Notes under the pieces: model-generated
Seen by the model: the letters and a program-made list of their open reading frames with translations, nothing else
Databases searched by the model: none
Told to the model about the DNA's origin: nothing
Shown: piece by piece, positions 49,482 to 58,120 of the stretch
Layout of the letters: every line of letters starts with the position of its first letter
How positions within the stretch are numbered: position 1 is the stretch's first letter
Made by a program: the position numbers and the translations under genes
DNA from: a virus
Lineage: Duplodnaviria; Caudoviricetes
DNA length: 64,000 bases
Virus record (IMG/VR): IMGVR_UViG_3300030330_004956
Span: 1 to 64,000 of that record
Strand: one strand, 5' to 3'

Positions 49482-50033
49482 ATGGCTACAACATTAGAAA
49501 TAGTAAGAGGAATTCATCAAGCAGCAGCTAATGCTTATGATGGTTCACACGATGAAAGGTTTGCAGGTGAAGACTTGGCAGCAAAAGCTGGGCTTCGTAG
49601 GGAAGAGGGTTGTGCAATTAAGGACTCTCGCGTTATTGACGGCTTTAATGTAAAGATTTCTGGAAATGAGTTGCACATTATTTACCACACAGAGTGTACA
49701 TCAAAGAATGCTCACCGCACCTCTTTGGTTTCTGATATTGAGCAAAACATTGCCGATATTGTAAAGTATCTTAAATCAGAATATAAGAAAGTAGCAGAAG
49801 GAACTTTGTCCTTGTCAAACGCTTCAGAAGTTGATATTGATATGCAATATATCTCCAGACAAAGAGTTTCAATTATCGCAAGGCAATCATTTGAGTTGGG
49901 CGGAACTGATGCAGAACCTAACACACCAGAGTCTTCTGAGGATAGGTTGGATAAATCCATTAAAGACTTTTTATCTATGGGCAGAGAAGACGCCAAGAAG
50001 CCGTCAAATTATACAGCAAAAAATGAGAGCTAA
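49482..50033 (+). CDS. hypothetical protein upstream of the terminase
   Basis: AAGGAG SD before ATG 49482; TAATG coupling to terL. Confidence 0.7.
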   Translation: MATTLEIVRGIHQAAANAYDGSHDERFAGEDLAAKAGLRREEGCAIKDSRVIDGFNVKISGNELHIIYHTECTSKNAHRTSLVSDIEQNIADIVKYLKSEYKKVAEGTLSLSNASEVDIDMQYISRQRVSIIARQSFELGGTDAEPNTPESSEDRLDKSIKDFLSMGREDAKKPSNYTAKNES

Positions 50034-51628
50034 TGTTAACAAAGGATCAAGCACTAAAGGAAATTCTCAGATCTGGGAAGGATCAAGAATATTTTGTAAA
50101 TAACTATTGCCGAATACCTCACTCGGTTCATGGCTTGGTTCGGTTCGACACATATACATTCCAAGATCAACTACTCATTGATCTTGAAAGGCACCGCTTC
50201 AACGTGGTTTTGAAAGCTAGGCAGATGGGTATTTCGACAATTGTCGCCGCCCACATCGCTTGGCTTATGATGTTTCATAAACATAAGAACGTTCTTATTC
50301 TGTGTACCAAGCTGCAAACTGCAACCAACTTGGTAAAGAAGGTTAAAGAGATGGTTAAGAACCTTCCAGAATGGATGCAAATAGCCAAGATCATCGTAGA
50401 CAATAGAACTAGCTTTGAGCTTTCTAACGGCTCTCAGATCAAAGCCTCGTCCACTTCTGGAGATGCTGGACGTTCTGAAGCATTGTCGCTTTTGGTTCTA
50501 GATGAGGCTGCTTTTATTCCAGATATGAATGATCTGTGGACAGGTATTTATCCTACGATCTCAACTGGTGGACGCTGCATCGCTCTATCGACGCCAAATG
50601 GCGTCGGTAATTGGTTTCACACAACGTATGTTGATTCCGAAGCAGGTGTCAATATGTTCTTTCCAACAAAGTTACATTGGAGTCTCCACCCAGACAGAGA
50701 TCAGGATTGGTTTGAAGTTGAGACTAAAAACATGTCACAACGACAAATTGCACAAGAGTATGAGTGCAACTTCAACGCATCGGGAGAAACTGTAATAGCC
50801 CCAGATGATATTGACAGGATTGAAAACATGGTATGCGAACCTAAGCATAAAGTGGGATATGATAGAAATTATTGGATATGGGAGGAATGCCAAGATGGAA
50901 AAAAATATATATTGGTTGCCGACGTGGCTCGTGGCGATGGAGCAGATTATTCTGTTTTCCATATACTTGATGTTGACGACATGAACATTGTTGCTGAGTA
51001 TAAAGGAAAGCCTAACATCGATGACTTTGCAAATATACTTTTTTCAGCAGGTAGAGAATATGAAAATTGTTTGCTAGTTGTTGAGAATAACAATATCGGA
51101 TACTCAGTTTTAGAAAAGTTAATAGATTTAGAGTACCCAAATTTGTATTACAGTGTAAAGGGAACAAACGAACATATAGATCAAATTGCAGCAATTGGTA
51201 ACAACAGTGCAATCGCCGGCTTTACAACATCTATGAAAACTCGCCCTCTTATTATTGCAAAAATGGAAGAGTTCATAAGAAATAAACTAATTAATGTTAA
51301 ATCTATTAGATTAATGAATGAATTAAAGACTTTTATATGGTACCATGGCAAGCCACAAGCTATGAAAGGTTACAATGATGACTTGGTTATGGCACTTGCT
51401 ATCGCATGCTGGGTAAGAGATACTGCAATTATTTCAGCAAAAAGAGGCGAAGAATTACAAAAAGCAATGTTAAACTCAATGGTTTACACTAACACCAAAC
51501 TAAATACTAATATTAGAGGACAAACAGGCTTTGATAAAAATATGTCTGTCTTTTCAAAACCTCGCGATGGCGATTTGGAAAAGCAAAAACAAAATATGGA
51601 TAAATTTGGTTGGATATTTAAAGGATAA
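50033..51628 (+). CDS. terL: terminase large subunit (T4 gp17-like)
   Basis: Walker A KARQMGIST, Walker B LLVLDEAAF, STPNG, QEYEC; nuclease motifs ADVARGDGADYS, VENNN, NDDLVMA. Confidence 0.95.
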   Translation: MLTKDQALKEILRSGKDQEYFVNNYCRIPHSVHGLVRFDTYTFQDQLLIDLERHRFNVVLKARQMGISTIVAAHIAWLMMFHKHKNVLILCTKLQTATNLVKKVKEMVKNLPEWMQIAKIIVDNRTSFELSNGSQIKASSTSGDAGRSEALSLLVLDEAAFIPDMNDLWTGIYPTISTGGRCIALSTPNGVGNWFHTTYVDSEAGVNMFFPTKLHWSLHPDRDQDWFEVETKNMSQRQIAQEYECNFNASGETVIAPDDIDRIENMVCEPKHKVGYDRNYWIWEECQDGKKYILVADVARGDGADYSVFHILDVDDMNIVAEYKGKPNIDDFANILFSAGREYENCLLVVENNNIGYSVLEKLIDLEYPNLYYSVKGTNEHIDQIAAIGNNSAIAGFTTSMKTRPLIIAKMEEFIRNKLINVKSIRLMNELKTFIWYHGKPQAMKGYNDDLVMALAIACWVRDTAIISAKRGEELQKAMLNSMVYTNTKLNTNIRGQTGFDKNMSVFSKPRDGDLEKQKQNMDKFGWIFKG

Positions 51629-51631
51629 GAT

Positions 51632-53614
51632 ATGGCTGATAACAAGAAAAACCCAAGAAACCCGCAAAGCAATCTCTATAAGAGATTGACTAGATTACTA
51701 TCAACACCGATTGTTAATAGGCGCACTCAACTACAAAGACGCTATCGTCGTGCAGACATGGATAAGTATAACTTCAATTCTGCTCAAGGGTTGGACTTTA
51801 AGAAAACATCATACAACCCATACGACAACATGACTGCAAATATTATGCAGCAGCAAAATCGTTATGAAAGGTATATTGATTTTGATCAGATGGAATATAC
51901 TCCAGAGATTGCCTCTGCGCTAGACATATATGCAGACGAAATGACGACATCAACCAATCTTTCACCTATGTTGAAAATCAAATGCTCAAACGATGAGATA
52001 AAATTAGTTTTAGATAATCTATACAACAACATCTTGAACATCGATGCCAATTTGTTTGGCTGGAGTCGTTCACTTTGTAAGTTTGGTGATTTCATGCTTT
52101 ACTTGGATATTGATGAGACGACAGGGATCAAAAACGTGATCTCATTGCCAATTGATGAAGTTGAGAGACTGGAAGGTGAGGACAAAACAAACCCAAACTA
52201 CATTCAATATCAATGGAACTCAGGCGGTTTGACTTTTGAAAACTGGCAGGTTGCTCATTTTCGAGTGCTTGGCAATGACAAATATGCTCCATACGGCACA
52301 TCAATTCTTGAGCCCGCCCGACGAATCTGGCGCCAACTGACTTTGCTTGAAGATGCAATGATGGCATATCGCATTGTGAGATCCCCAGAACGCCGAGTGT
52401 TTTATATTGATGTGGGTAACATCGCACCTCAAGATGTTGAGCAGTTTATGCAGAGAGTTACCACACAAATGAAAAGAAATCAACTAATTGATTCTTCTAC
52501 CGGACGCGTCGATTTGAGATACAATCCGCTTTCGATTGATGAAGACTATTTCATTCCTGTTCGCGGCGGAAACTCATCAAGAGTCGAGTCCCTTCCCGGT
52601 GGTTCATATACCGGTGACATTGACGATGTAAAATATTTGCGTGATAAATTATTTTCTGCACTCAAGATACCAATGTCTTACCTGTCAAGAGGTGATGGAC
52701 AGACGGAAGATAAAGCCACGTTAGCGCAGAAAGATATTCGCTTTGCAAGGACTATTCAAAGACTTCAGCGCTCTGTAGTTTCAGAACTCGAAAAGATAGG
52801 TTTGGTACATCTTTATACTCTAGGTTATCGAGGCGATGATCTGATATCTTATAAATTAGTTCTAAACAATCCCTCAAAGATATCTGAACTTCAAGAGCTT
52901 GAACATTGGAAACAAAAATTTGATATTGCTGGTGCAGCCACAGAAGGCTTCTTCTCTAAACGTTGGATCGCAGAGCATGTTCTTGGCATGTCTGATGAAG
53001 AGTTCTTGCGTAATCAAAGAGAAATGTTTTATGATAAGAAGTTTACTTCCATGCTTGAAAAAGCCGCAGAAGAGGTACCCGCTTCTTCGCCTGATACTGG
53101 CGCCGCCGGCGGACTTGGCGGCGGAGGCGGCTTAGATCTTGGTGGGGGTGATGATGCTGGTGGGGGCTTAGATCTCGGCGGCGCCGATGACAAGGGCGGA
53201 GGCTTAGATCTTGGTGGCGATACCGCTGCCGGTGGCGATGACAAGCCTGCTGATGCTGGTGCCGACGACAAGCCCGATACGGCTCTCTTGGCAGCACCCG
53301 GTAATCGTCCCGAAAATCCCAAAATGGATAAGTACGGCGACATAAAGAAAAAACGTGGTGACGGCAAAGGACGCAGAAAAGTTAAAAGAACTAAAGATTC
53401 TGAAGCTGGACGCGCCGCCAGAACAAATAGTACAAGAGCGGTGACGGATCCAATTAAAAGAATGTTTCAAGATCCAGCCGGCTCAATTATGAGAACGGTA
53501 TACGAAGGCGAAACAAATGATATGTACCATAAAGAAGAAAAGCAACTATTTAATGTTAGCCATGATTTAAAAATACTATTAGAAAGTATGGAGCCTAATA
53601 AAGATGAAGTATAA
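51632..53614 (+). CDS. portal protein (T4 gp20-like)
   Basis: PEIASALDIYADE, EDAMMAYRIVRSPERRVFYIDVGN, EDYFIP, LPGG...DIDDVKYL, LKIP, KDIRFAR. Confidence 0.95.
   Translation: MADNKKNPRNPQSNLYKRLTRLLSTPIVNRRTQLQRRYRRADMDKYNFNSAQGLDFKKTSYNPYDNMTANIMQQQNRYERYIDFDQMEYTPEIASALDIYADEMTTSTNLSPMLKIKCSNDEIKLVLDNLYNNILNIDANLFGWSRSLCKFGDFMLYLDIDETTGIKNVISLPIDEVERLEGEDKTNPNYIQYQWNSGGLTFENWQVAHFRVLGNDKYAPYGTSILEPARRIWRQLTLLEDAMMAYRIVRSPERRVFYIDVGNIAPQDVEQFMQRVTTQMKRNQLIDSSTGRVDLRYNPLSIDEDYFIPVRGGNSSRVESLPGGSYTGDIDDVKYLRDKLFSALKIPMSYLSRGDGQTEDKATLAQKDIRFARTIQRLQRSVVSELEKIGLVHLYTLGYRGDDLISYKLVLNNPSKISELQELEHWKQKFDIAGAATEGFFSKRWIAEHVLGMSDEEFLRNQREMFYDKKFTSMLEKAAEEVPASSPDTGAAGGLGGGGGLDLGGGDDAGGGLDLGGADDKGGGLDLGGDTAAGGDDKPADAGADDKPDTALLAAPGNRPENPKMDKYGDIKKKRGDGKGRRKVKRTKDSEAGRAARTNSTRAVTDPIKRMFQDPAGSIMRTVYEGETNDMYHKEEKQLFNVSHDLKILLESMEPNKDEV
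53101..53283 (+). repeat. GC-rich low-complexity repeats (GGLDLGG x3, DDK x3) in the portal C-terminal extension
   Basis: ggcttagatct(t/c)gg occurs three times; Gly/Asp/Ala-rich coding. Confidence 0.8.
53545..53552 (+). promoter_or_regulatory. putative late promoter ACTATTTA
   Basis: Within the portal 3' end, 59 nt before ATG 53604. Confidence 0.45.
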
Positions 53615-54392
53615 TAAAAAAAGAAACACAGCATTTTTGTATGAATCGTTGGTGCTGGAAATGACAAAAGCAATTGTTAACAATGACAACAAAAGAAGAG
53701 ACATTGCTTTGGATATATTGAAAGAAAATTTTCACTCAAACTCTCTTTTGCACAAAGAGCTAGATGCATATAAAGCAGTCCTAGAAACTAAAAATGTAGA
53801 CGTTACTACTGCAAATGTAACTCTCCGCGAAGCTACAAGAACTTATCTTTCTCTTCACCCGGGACATGTGTTTCGAGATCAAACTCATGTAATAAACAGA
53901 GTGAACAAGGAATTGGGAAAAGATACATTTAATATTTTTACGCCAAACTATAAATCTTTGGCAACCATATCTCAATTGTTCAGCGTGAAGACACCAGTAA
54001 AGCGCCGCGTCATTTTGGAAAAAAACTTAATTGACGAAATGACTAGTACCGATTCTGGCATGGACATGCAGCCGATCGACAATGTGGTTTACAATGTGTT
54101 TGTGAAAAAATTCAATGAAAAATATGATGCTCTCTTGGAAGAACAAAGAGACTTGTTATATAAATATATCTTTTCTTTCGCAGATGATGGGTATGGATTG
54201 AAAATAGCGATGAACGAAGAAATTTCTAGAATGAAAAAAGTCATCACTACCAACAAACAAGAAGTACCAGAACTTAAAGAAAAGTTTGAATCATTAGAAG
54301 GGTTACTTAGTTCTTTTTCTAAGAAAAGTATAGATGACGACATGGTACTGAAAGTGTTGCAAACACAAGAATTTTGCAAGGAATTAGAATAA
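53604..54392 (+). CDS. putative head-assembly protein following the portal
   Basis: MKYNKKRNTAFLYESL; helical; located in the head module with ACTATTTA upstream. Confidence 0.7.
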   Translation: MKYNKKRNTAFLYESLVLEMTKAIVNNDNKRRDIALDILKENFHSNSLLHKELDAYKAVLETKNVDVTTANVTLREATRTYLSLHPGHVFRDQTHVINRVNKELGKDTFNIFTPNYKSLATISQLFSVKTPVKRRVILEKNLIDEMTSTDSGMDMQPIDNVVYNVFVKKFNEKYDALLEEQRDLLYKYIFSFADDGYGLKIAMNEEISRMKKVITTNKQEVPELKEKFESLEGLLSSFSKKSIDDDMVLKVLQTQEFCKELE

Positions 54393-54962
54393 ATGTCTAT
54401 TAATGTTTTAGTTGGCGATAAGGCGATCAAGAGAGATGCTAATCAACTTAGAGATTACACTTTCTCTCTAGATATTCGTCAAACTTTGGGTGGTGATTAC
54501 GTTATATACGATCACCCAGACATTGATATTGTTGTTATGCCTAAAATGAAAAAAGTTGTTGCTTTCCCGAAAGACAAAATATCAGAAGTAACTTATGACA
54601 CAGAGTCTAGACTTTTTGACTTTCTGACTAAAAAGGGAGTTATTGCAAGAGATTCAGTACAATCTGGAAATGTATACGCATCTTTGCAGGGACTTTTCGA
54701 AGAGCCGAAAAAGCCGCAAGAAGGTGAGCCAGTAGATCCGATTCAACCTGTTATATTCACTATTGCTAAATTTATAGAAAACGAGCGCCCCCGCTACGAA
54801 TATGTGAAAAAGATGGAAGAAGAGGAAGAGGAATATTACACTCAAGCAACTGATGATAACTCAACTGAGTTGGGGGAAGTTCCGCATGCCAGAGAAAAGG
54901 GCAGCATTCGCCCCGGTATTTACTATCAAAATTATATGCACCACGGCTATTACAACAGATAG
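54393..54962 (+). CDS. hypothetical protein
   Basis: 189-aa ORF abutting the upstream stop; acidic tract. Confidence 0.7.
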   Translation: MSINVLVGDKAIKRDANQLRDYTFSLDIRQTLGGDYVIYDHPDIDIVVMPKMKKVVAFPKDKISEVTYDTESRLFDFLTKKGVIARDSVQSGNVYASLQGLFEEPKKPQEGEPVDPIQPVIFTIAKFIENERPRYEYVKKMEEEEEEYYTQATDDNSTELGEVPHAREKGSIRPGIYYQNYMHHGYYNR

Positions 54963-54970
54963 GAGTAAAA

Positions 54971-55279
54971 ATGCAGTTATTATGGTTTGTCCTAGCATCC
55001 TATGGACTAACTCAGATTCTAGTTTATGGATCTATTTTTAAGTGGCTTAGAAATCGTACTGGTAAAATTGGAGAATTATTTAGCTGTCCAATGTGTACAG
55101 GATTTTGGGTTGGCGTTCTTTTATTCTTCCTAAACGGTTTTACAGAACTATTTACTTTTGATTATAATCTAGCAAATTTATTAATTTGTGGCTGGCTGTC
55201 ATCTGGCACATCATATATATTCTGTACTGTATTCGATGACAACGGAATCAAAATCGAGAGGAAGAAAAATGAATATTAA
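54971..55279 (+). CDS. DUF1360-like membrane protein
   Basis: Hydrophobic helices around GELFSCPMCTGFW; AGGAG SD. Confidence 0.7.
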   Translation: MQLLWFVLASYGLTQILVYGSIFKWLRNRTGKIGELFSCPMCTGFWVGVLLFFLNGFTELFTFDYNLANLLICGWLSSGTSYIFCTVFDDNGIKIERKKNEY

Positions 55280-55406
55280 AATTTCTAAAAAGAGAGCTAG
55301 AAAGATATTCCAAGAAGAGATCGAAAAGTTTTTACTGGAAAACAAAAACGTTGATCCTAAAATTCTGAGAGAATATGTAGAGAACCACATCAAGGAGAGT
55401 AAGTGA
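55269..55406 (+). CDS. small putative prohead/core protein (45 aa)
   Basis: MNIKISKKRARKIFQEEIEKFLLE...ILRE contains (I/L)xE motifs typical of prohead-protease substrates; GAGG SD. Confidence 0.5.
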   Translation: MNIKISKKRARKIFQEEIEKFLLENKNVDPKILREYVENHIKESK

Positions 55407-55407
55407 T

Positions 55408-55461
55408 ATGTTTAAAAGATGGATGATACAGCCTGTTAGGCGATGCAAGAATGGATGTTGA
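55408..55461 (+). CDS. candidate 17-aa micropeptide MFKRWMIQPVRRCKNGC
   Basis: Fills the gap between 55406 and 55464 exactly; AAGGAG at 55392-55397. Confidence 0.35.
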   Translation: MFKRWMIQPVRRCKNGC

Positions 55462-55463
55462 CT

Positions 55464-56075
55464 ATGAGTAAAGTTTTATTAAGAGAATATTATGAATTGT
55501 GTGAAGGTGGGCAATGCCAAGATCTTCTGACAGAATCCGAAAAGAAATATGTTGCTAATGGTGGCATGATTCTTGTTGGCAAGCTTCAAGAAGCAGAAGT
55601 ACAAAATGGAAATGGTAGAGTATATCCTAGAAAAATTCTAGAGAGAGAAATGAAAAATTATCAAATGCTTGTGAAAGATAGAAGAGCATTAGGCGAACTC
55701 GATCACCCGGATGACTCGATCATTAATCTCAAAAATGCTTCACATATGGTTACGGAGGCATGGTGGGATGGTAATAATGTTATGGGTAAAGTTAAAGTAC
55801 TTAATACTCCGAGTGGTAAAATCCTTAAACAACTTGTCGATGATGGTGTCAAGCTCGGTATTTCTAGTCGCGCTCTTGGTTCCGTCAATGAATCTGAAGG
55901 GCAAACCGTTGTCCAAGAAGATTTACAGCTTATTTGTTTTGATTTTGTTAGCGAGCCTTCTACTCCTAATGCTTTTATGGCACTTCAAGAAGCCAAAAAC
56001 ATACGAATCGAAACAGACATATTCGATAAAAAATACAAGCTAAACAGAATGTTGAATGAGATTTTAGAGGATTAA
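55464..56075 (+). CDS. prohead core protease (T4 gp21-like)
   Basis: NGNGRVYP, ALGELDHP, ASH, TPSG, GISSRALGS, DFVSEPSTP. Confidence 0.93.
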   Translation: MSKVLLREYYELCEGGQCQDLLTESEKKYVANGGMILVGKLQEAEVQNGNGRVYPRKILEREMKNYQMLVKDRRALGELDHPDDSIINLKNASHMVTEAWWDGNNVMGKVKVLNTPSGKILKQLVDDGVKLGISSRALGSVNESEGQTVVQEDLQLICFDFVSEPSTPNAFMALQEAKNIRIETDIFDKKYKLNRMLNEILED

Positions 56076-56513
56076 ATGAATAAAAAAGAACTAAAAAAGC
56101 TTATGAAGCCAATTGTAGAAGAGTGCATCCGCGAAGTATTACTTGAAGAGGGTGTGCTTTCTACTATTATATCAGAAGTTGTAAGGGGTACTTCTGGGCT
56201 GGTTGTGGAACAAAAAGCGCCCCCACAAAACACAAGGCAGTTGCAATCTGAGGATGAGACAATGCTTAGGTTACAAGAAAGAAAAGCCCAAACAAATCAA
56301 CGAAGAAAGAATTTGATGGACGCAATCGGAAAAGATGCCTACGGCGGTGTTGATTTGTTCGAAGGAACTCAGCCCCTAACACGTCATCAGGCTGAATCTT
56401 CTGGTGCCGAGTCTGGACAAGGTGCTCTTTCGGGTTATGCACCAGATGACGCGGGCGTTAATATTGACGGATTGTTAAATATTGCGGGCGGCGCATGGAA
56501 AAAAATTAAATAA
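56076..56513 (+). CDS. putative head/core protein
   Basis: MNKKELKKL...IREVLLEEG (IxE/LxE motifs), adjacent to the protease. Confidence 0.6.
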   Translation: MNKKELKKLMKPIVEECIREVLLEEGVLSTIISEVVRGTSGLVVEQKAPPQNTRQLQSEDETMLRLQERKAQTNQRRKNLMDAIGKDAYGGVDLFEGTQPLTRHQAESSGAESGQGALSGYAPDDAGVNIDGLLNIAGGAWKKIK

Positions 56514-56546
56514 TTGATAATTATAAAGGAATAGAGGAATTAAATA

Positions 56547-57023
56547 ATGTCTTTAACAACATCACAGCATATCTATTCTTCCAGAGGAAGAACGAGACAA
56601 CCAAAAAATTTATACAAGCCATACCACGAATCGGTAGCAATCGCAAAAGCTAGTGGATCAGTTACCATAGTTTCAGCAGCCAATAAACTAAGTGACACTT
56701 TAGATACTGGCTCGGCTGGCGGAAATGGGTACGACACTCAAAACCAAGATAATTTACATTTATGTATCCGCACAACTGGCTCATCAACCGGCTCATTTCA
56801 AGTATATGCATATAATAGAAGTTTCGGAACTTGGGGATTATTAAAAGTGCCCGTAGCAATCGGAGCATCAGCAAAAACAGAAGCCGCATATGTACCAGTT
56901 GAATTTACAGGTTCAGCCTCAACTACGGAGTATGTGGTGGTTCCAATTCATGGTATTGACAGGGTAGCCTTTGTTGGCACACCAGAAGACACTATTCTCT
57001 ATGCCGCCGGCAGCACACTATAA
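56547..57023 (+). CDS. putative virion surface protein
   Basis: 158-aa beta-rich, S/T/G-rich ORF with GAGG SD. Confidence 0.6.
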   Translation: MSLTTSQHIYSSRGRTRQPKNLYKPYHESVAIAKASGSVTIVSAANKLSDTLDTGSAGGNGYDTQNQDNLHLCIRTTGSSTGSFQVYAYNRSFGTWGLLKVPVAIGASAKTEAAYVPVEFTGSASTTEYVVVPIHGIDRVAFVGTPEDTILYAAGSTL

Positions 57024-57034
57024 TAGGATTTTAA

Positions 57035-57247
57035 ATGGCAAAAGGAAGTAACATCAAAGTGACTCCAAGAAGGAGAGAGTCACAAGACAGAATGATCAGA
57101 AGGTTCATTAAGAAATGTAAGAAATCAGGCATTATTGATGAAGCAAAGGAGCGCCGCTTCTATAAGAAGCCGTCTGAAAAACGCAACGAAAGAAACATTA
57201 AAAGACGCAGAGCTTTATCAAAAGCAAAAGAAAAAGGCAAAAGATGA
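57035..57247 (+). CDS. rpsU: ribosomal protein bS21 (phage-encoded)
   Basis: ESQDRMIRRFIKKCKKSGII...RRFYKKPSEKR matches the bS21 consensus (ESxxxxLRRFKK...G...RxxYEKPSxxR). Confidence 0.88.
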   Translation: MAKGSNIKVTPRRRESQDRMIRRFIKKCKKSGIIDEAKERRFYKKPSEKRNERNIKRRRALSKAKEKGKR

Positions 57248-57255
57248 ACTATTTA
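57248..57255 (+). promoter_or_regulatory. putative late promoter ACTATTTA inside an 11-bp inverted repeat
   Basis: Immediately after the bS21 stop, 39 nt before ATG 57287. Confidence 0.65.
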
Positions 57256-57286
57256 TTTCTGAAAAGTATAAATGAGGAAATAGTTC

Positions 57287-58111
57287 ATGTCAAATACTAA
57301 AAATTATGGTTGGGCATATGTCCACCCAACTGCTTCTCAGGCACAAGCCAGAGGCGTAGACAAATCAATTCAATTTTTAACTGGTGCAGTTGACTCAAAT
57401 GGTATTGGACTCGGCTCTGGTTCAGCCAAACTAACATTTGATTACGCACCCGCAACCCCAGTGCTAAGGCTAAGTGGAAACATGACAGCCAGTGGACACG
57501 TTTCAGCATCTGCGTTTTTTGGAGATGGCACTGGTTTGGAAGGGGTATCTTCTTTTCCATTTAATGGGAATGCCGTGATCAATGGAAACTTAAATGTAAC
57601 TGGCTCTATCACGGCTTCTAACTATATTATACAAAACACTCTAGAGTTGAACAATGCTGGCTCATCACAGTTTGGTAATACTGCTGGCGATACTCATGTA
57701 TTTTCCGGATCCGTTTCGGTACATTCTGGCACATTCACTATACTGAGTGGAAACGTACCAAGTGTTAGGTACAACAACTTAACAGAGCAACTTAAGATTG
57801 TTTCATTACGCGTAGGTTACAAGCCAGTAGCTGCCACAACTTACACAGCCAGTGTGAGTGATTATATCATAGGCGTTCAGAACACTAATGCTGTTACGAT
57901 TAGACTTCCGAATGCCGCAACGGCTGGATCGGGCTCTATTTTGGTTATCAAAGACGAGGTAGGAAACCCTAGAGCCAACCCAGATGAAATAACCGTTTCT
58001 GCAAGTGCTGGACAAACTGTTGATGGTGCTGCCCATAATACACTTGGTGTTGGTACATTGGTGTCTGCAAAATTGTTCTCAAATGGTAATACGAAATGGT
58101 TTATAATTTAA
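57287..58111 (+). CDS. fibre-like virion protein
   Basis: Beta-helix repeats (GNMTASGHVSAS, GNLNVTGSITA), FFGDGTGL, and a C-terminal DYII...TIRLP...VIKDE...IDG-like...SNG..W module. Confidence 0.7.
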   Translation: MSNTKNYGWAYVHPTASQAQARGVDKSIQFLTGAVDSNGIGLGSGSAKLTFDYAPATPVLRLSGNMTASGHVSASAFFGDGTGLEGVSSFPFNGNAVINGNLNVTGSITASNYIIQNTLELNNAGSSQFGNTAGDTHVFSGSVSVHSGTFTILSGNVPSVRYNNLTEQLKIVSLRVGYKPVAATTYTASVSDYIIGVQNTNAVTIRLPNAATAGSGSILVIKDEVGNPRANPDEITVSASAGQTVDGAAHNTLGVGTLVSAKLFSNGNTKWFII

Positions 58112-58120
58112 GGTGGTTTT

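Noticed and set aside
57267-57274. TATAAATG resembling the T4 late promoter TATAAATA
   Set aside because: Single imperfect copy overlapping the SD; the recurrent upstream motif in this genome is ACTATTTA.
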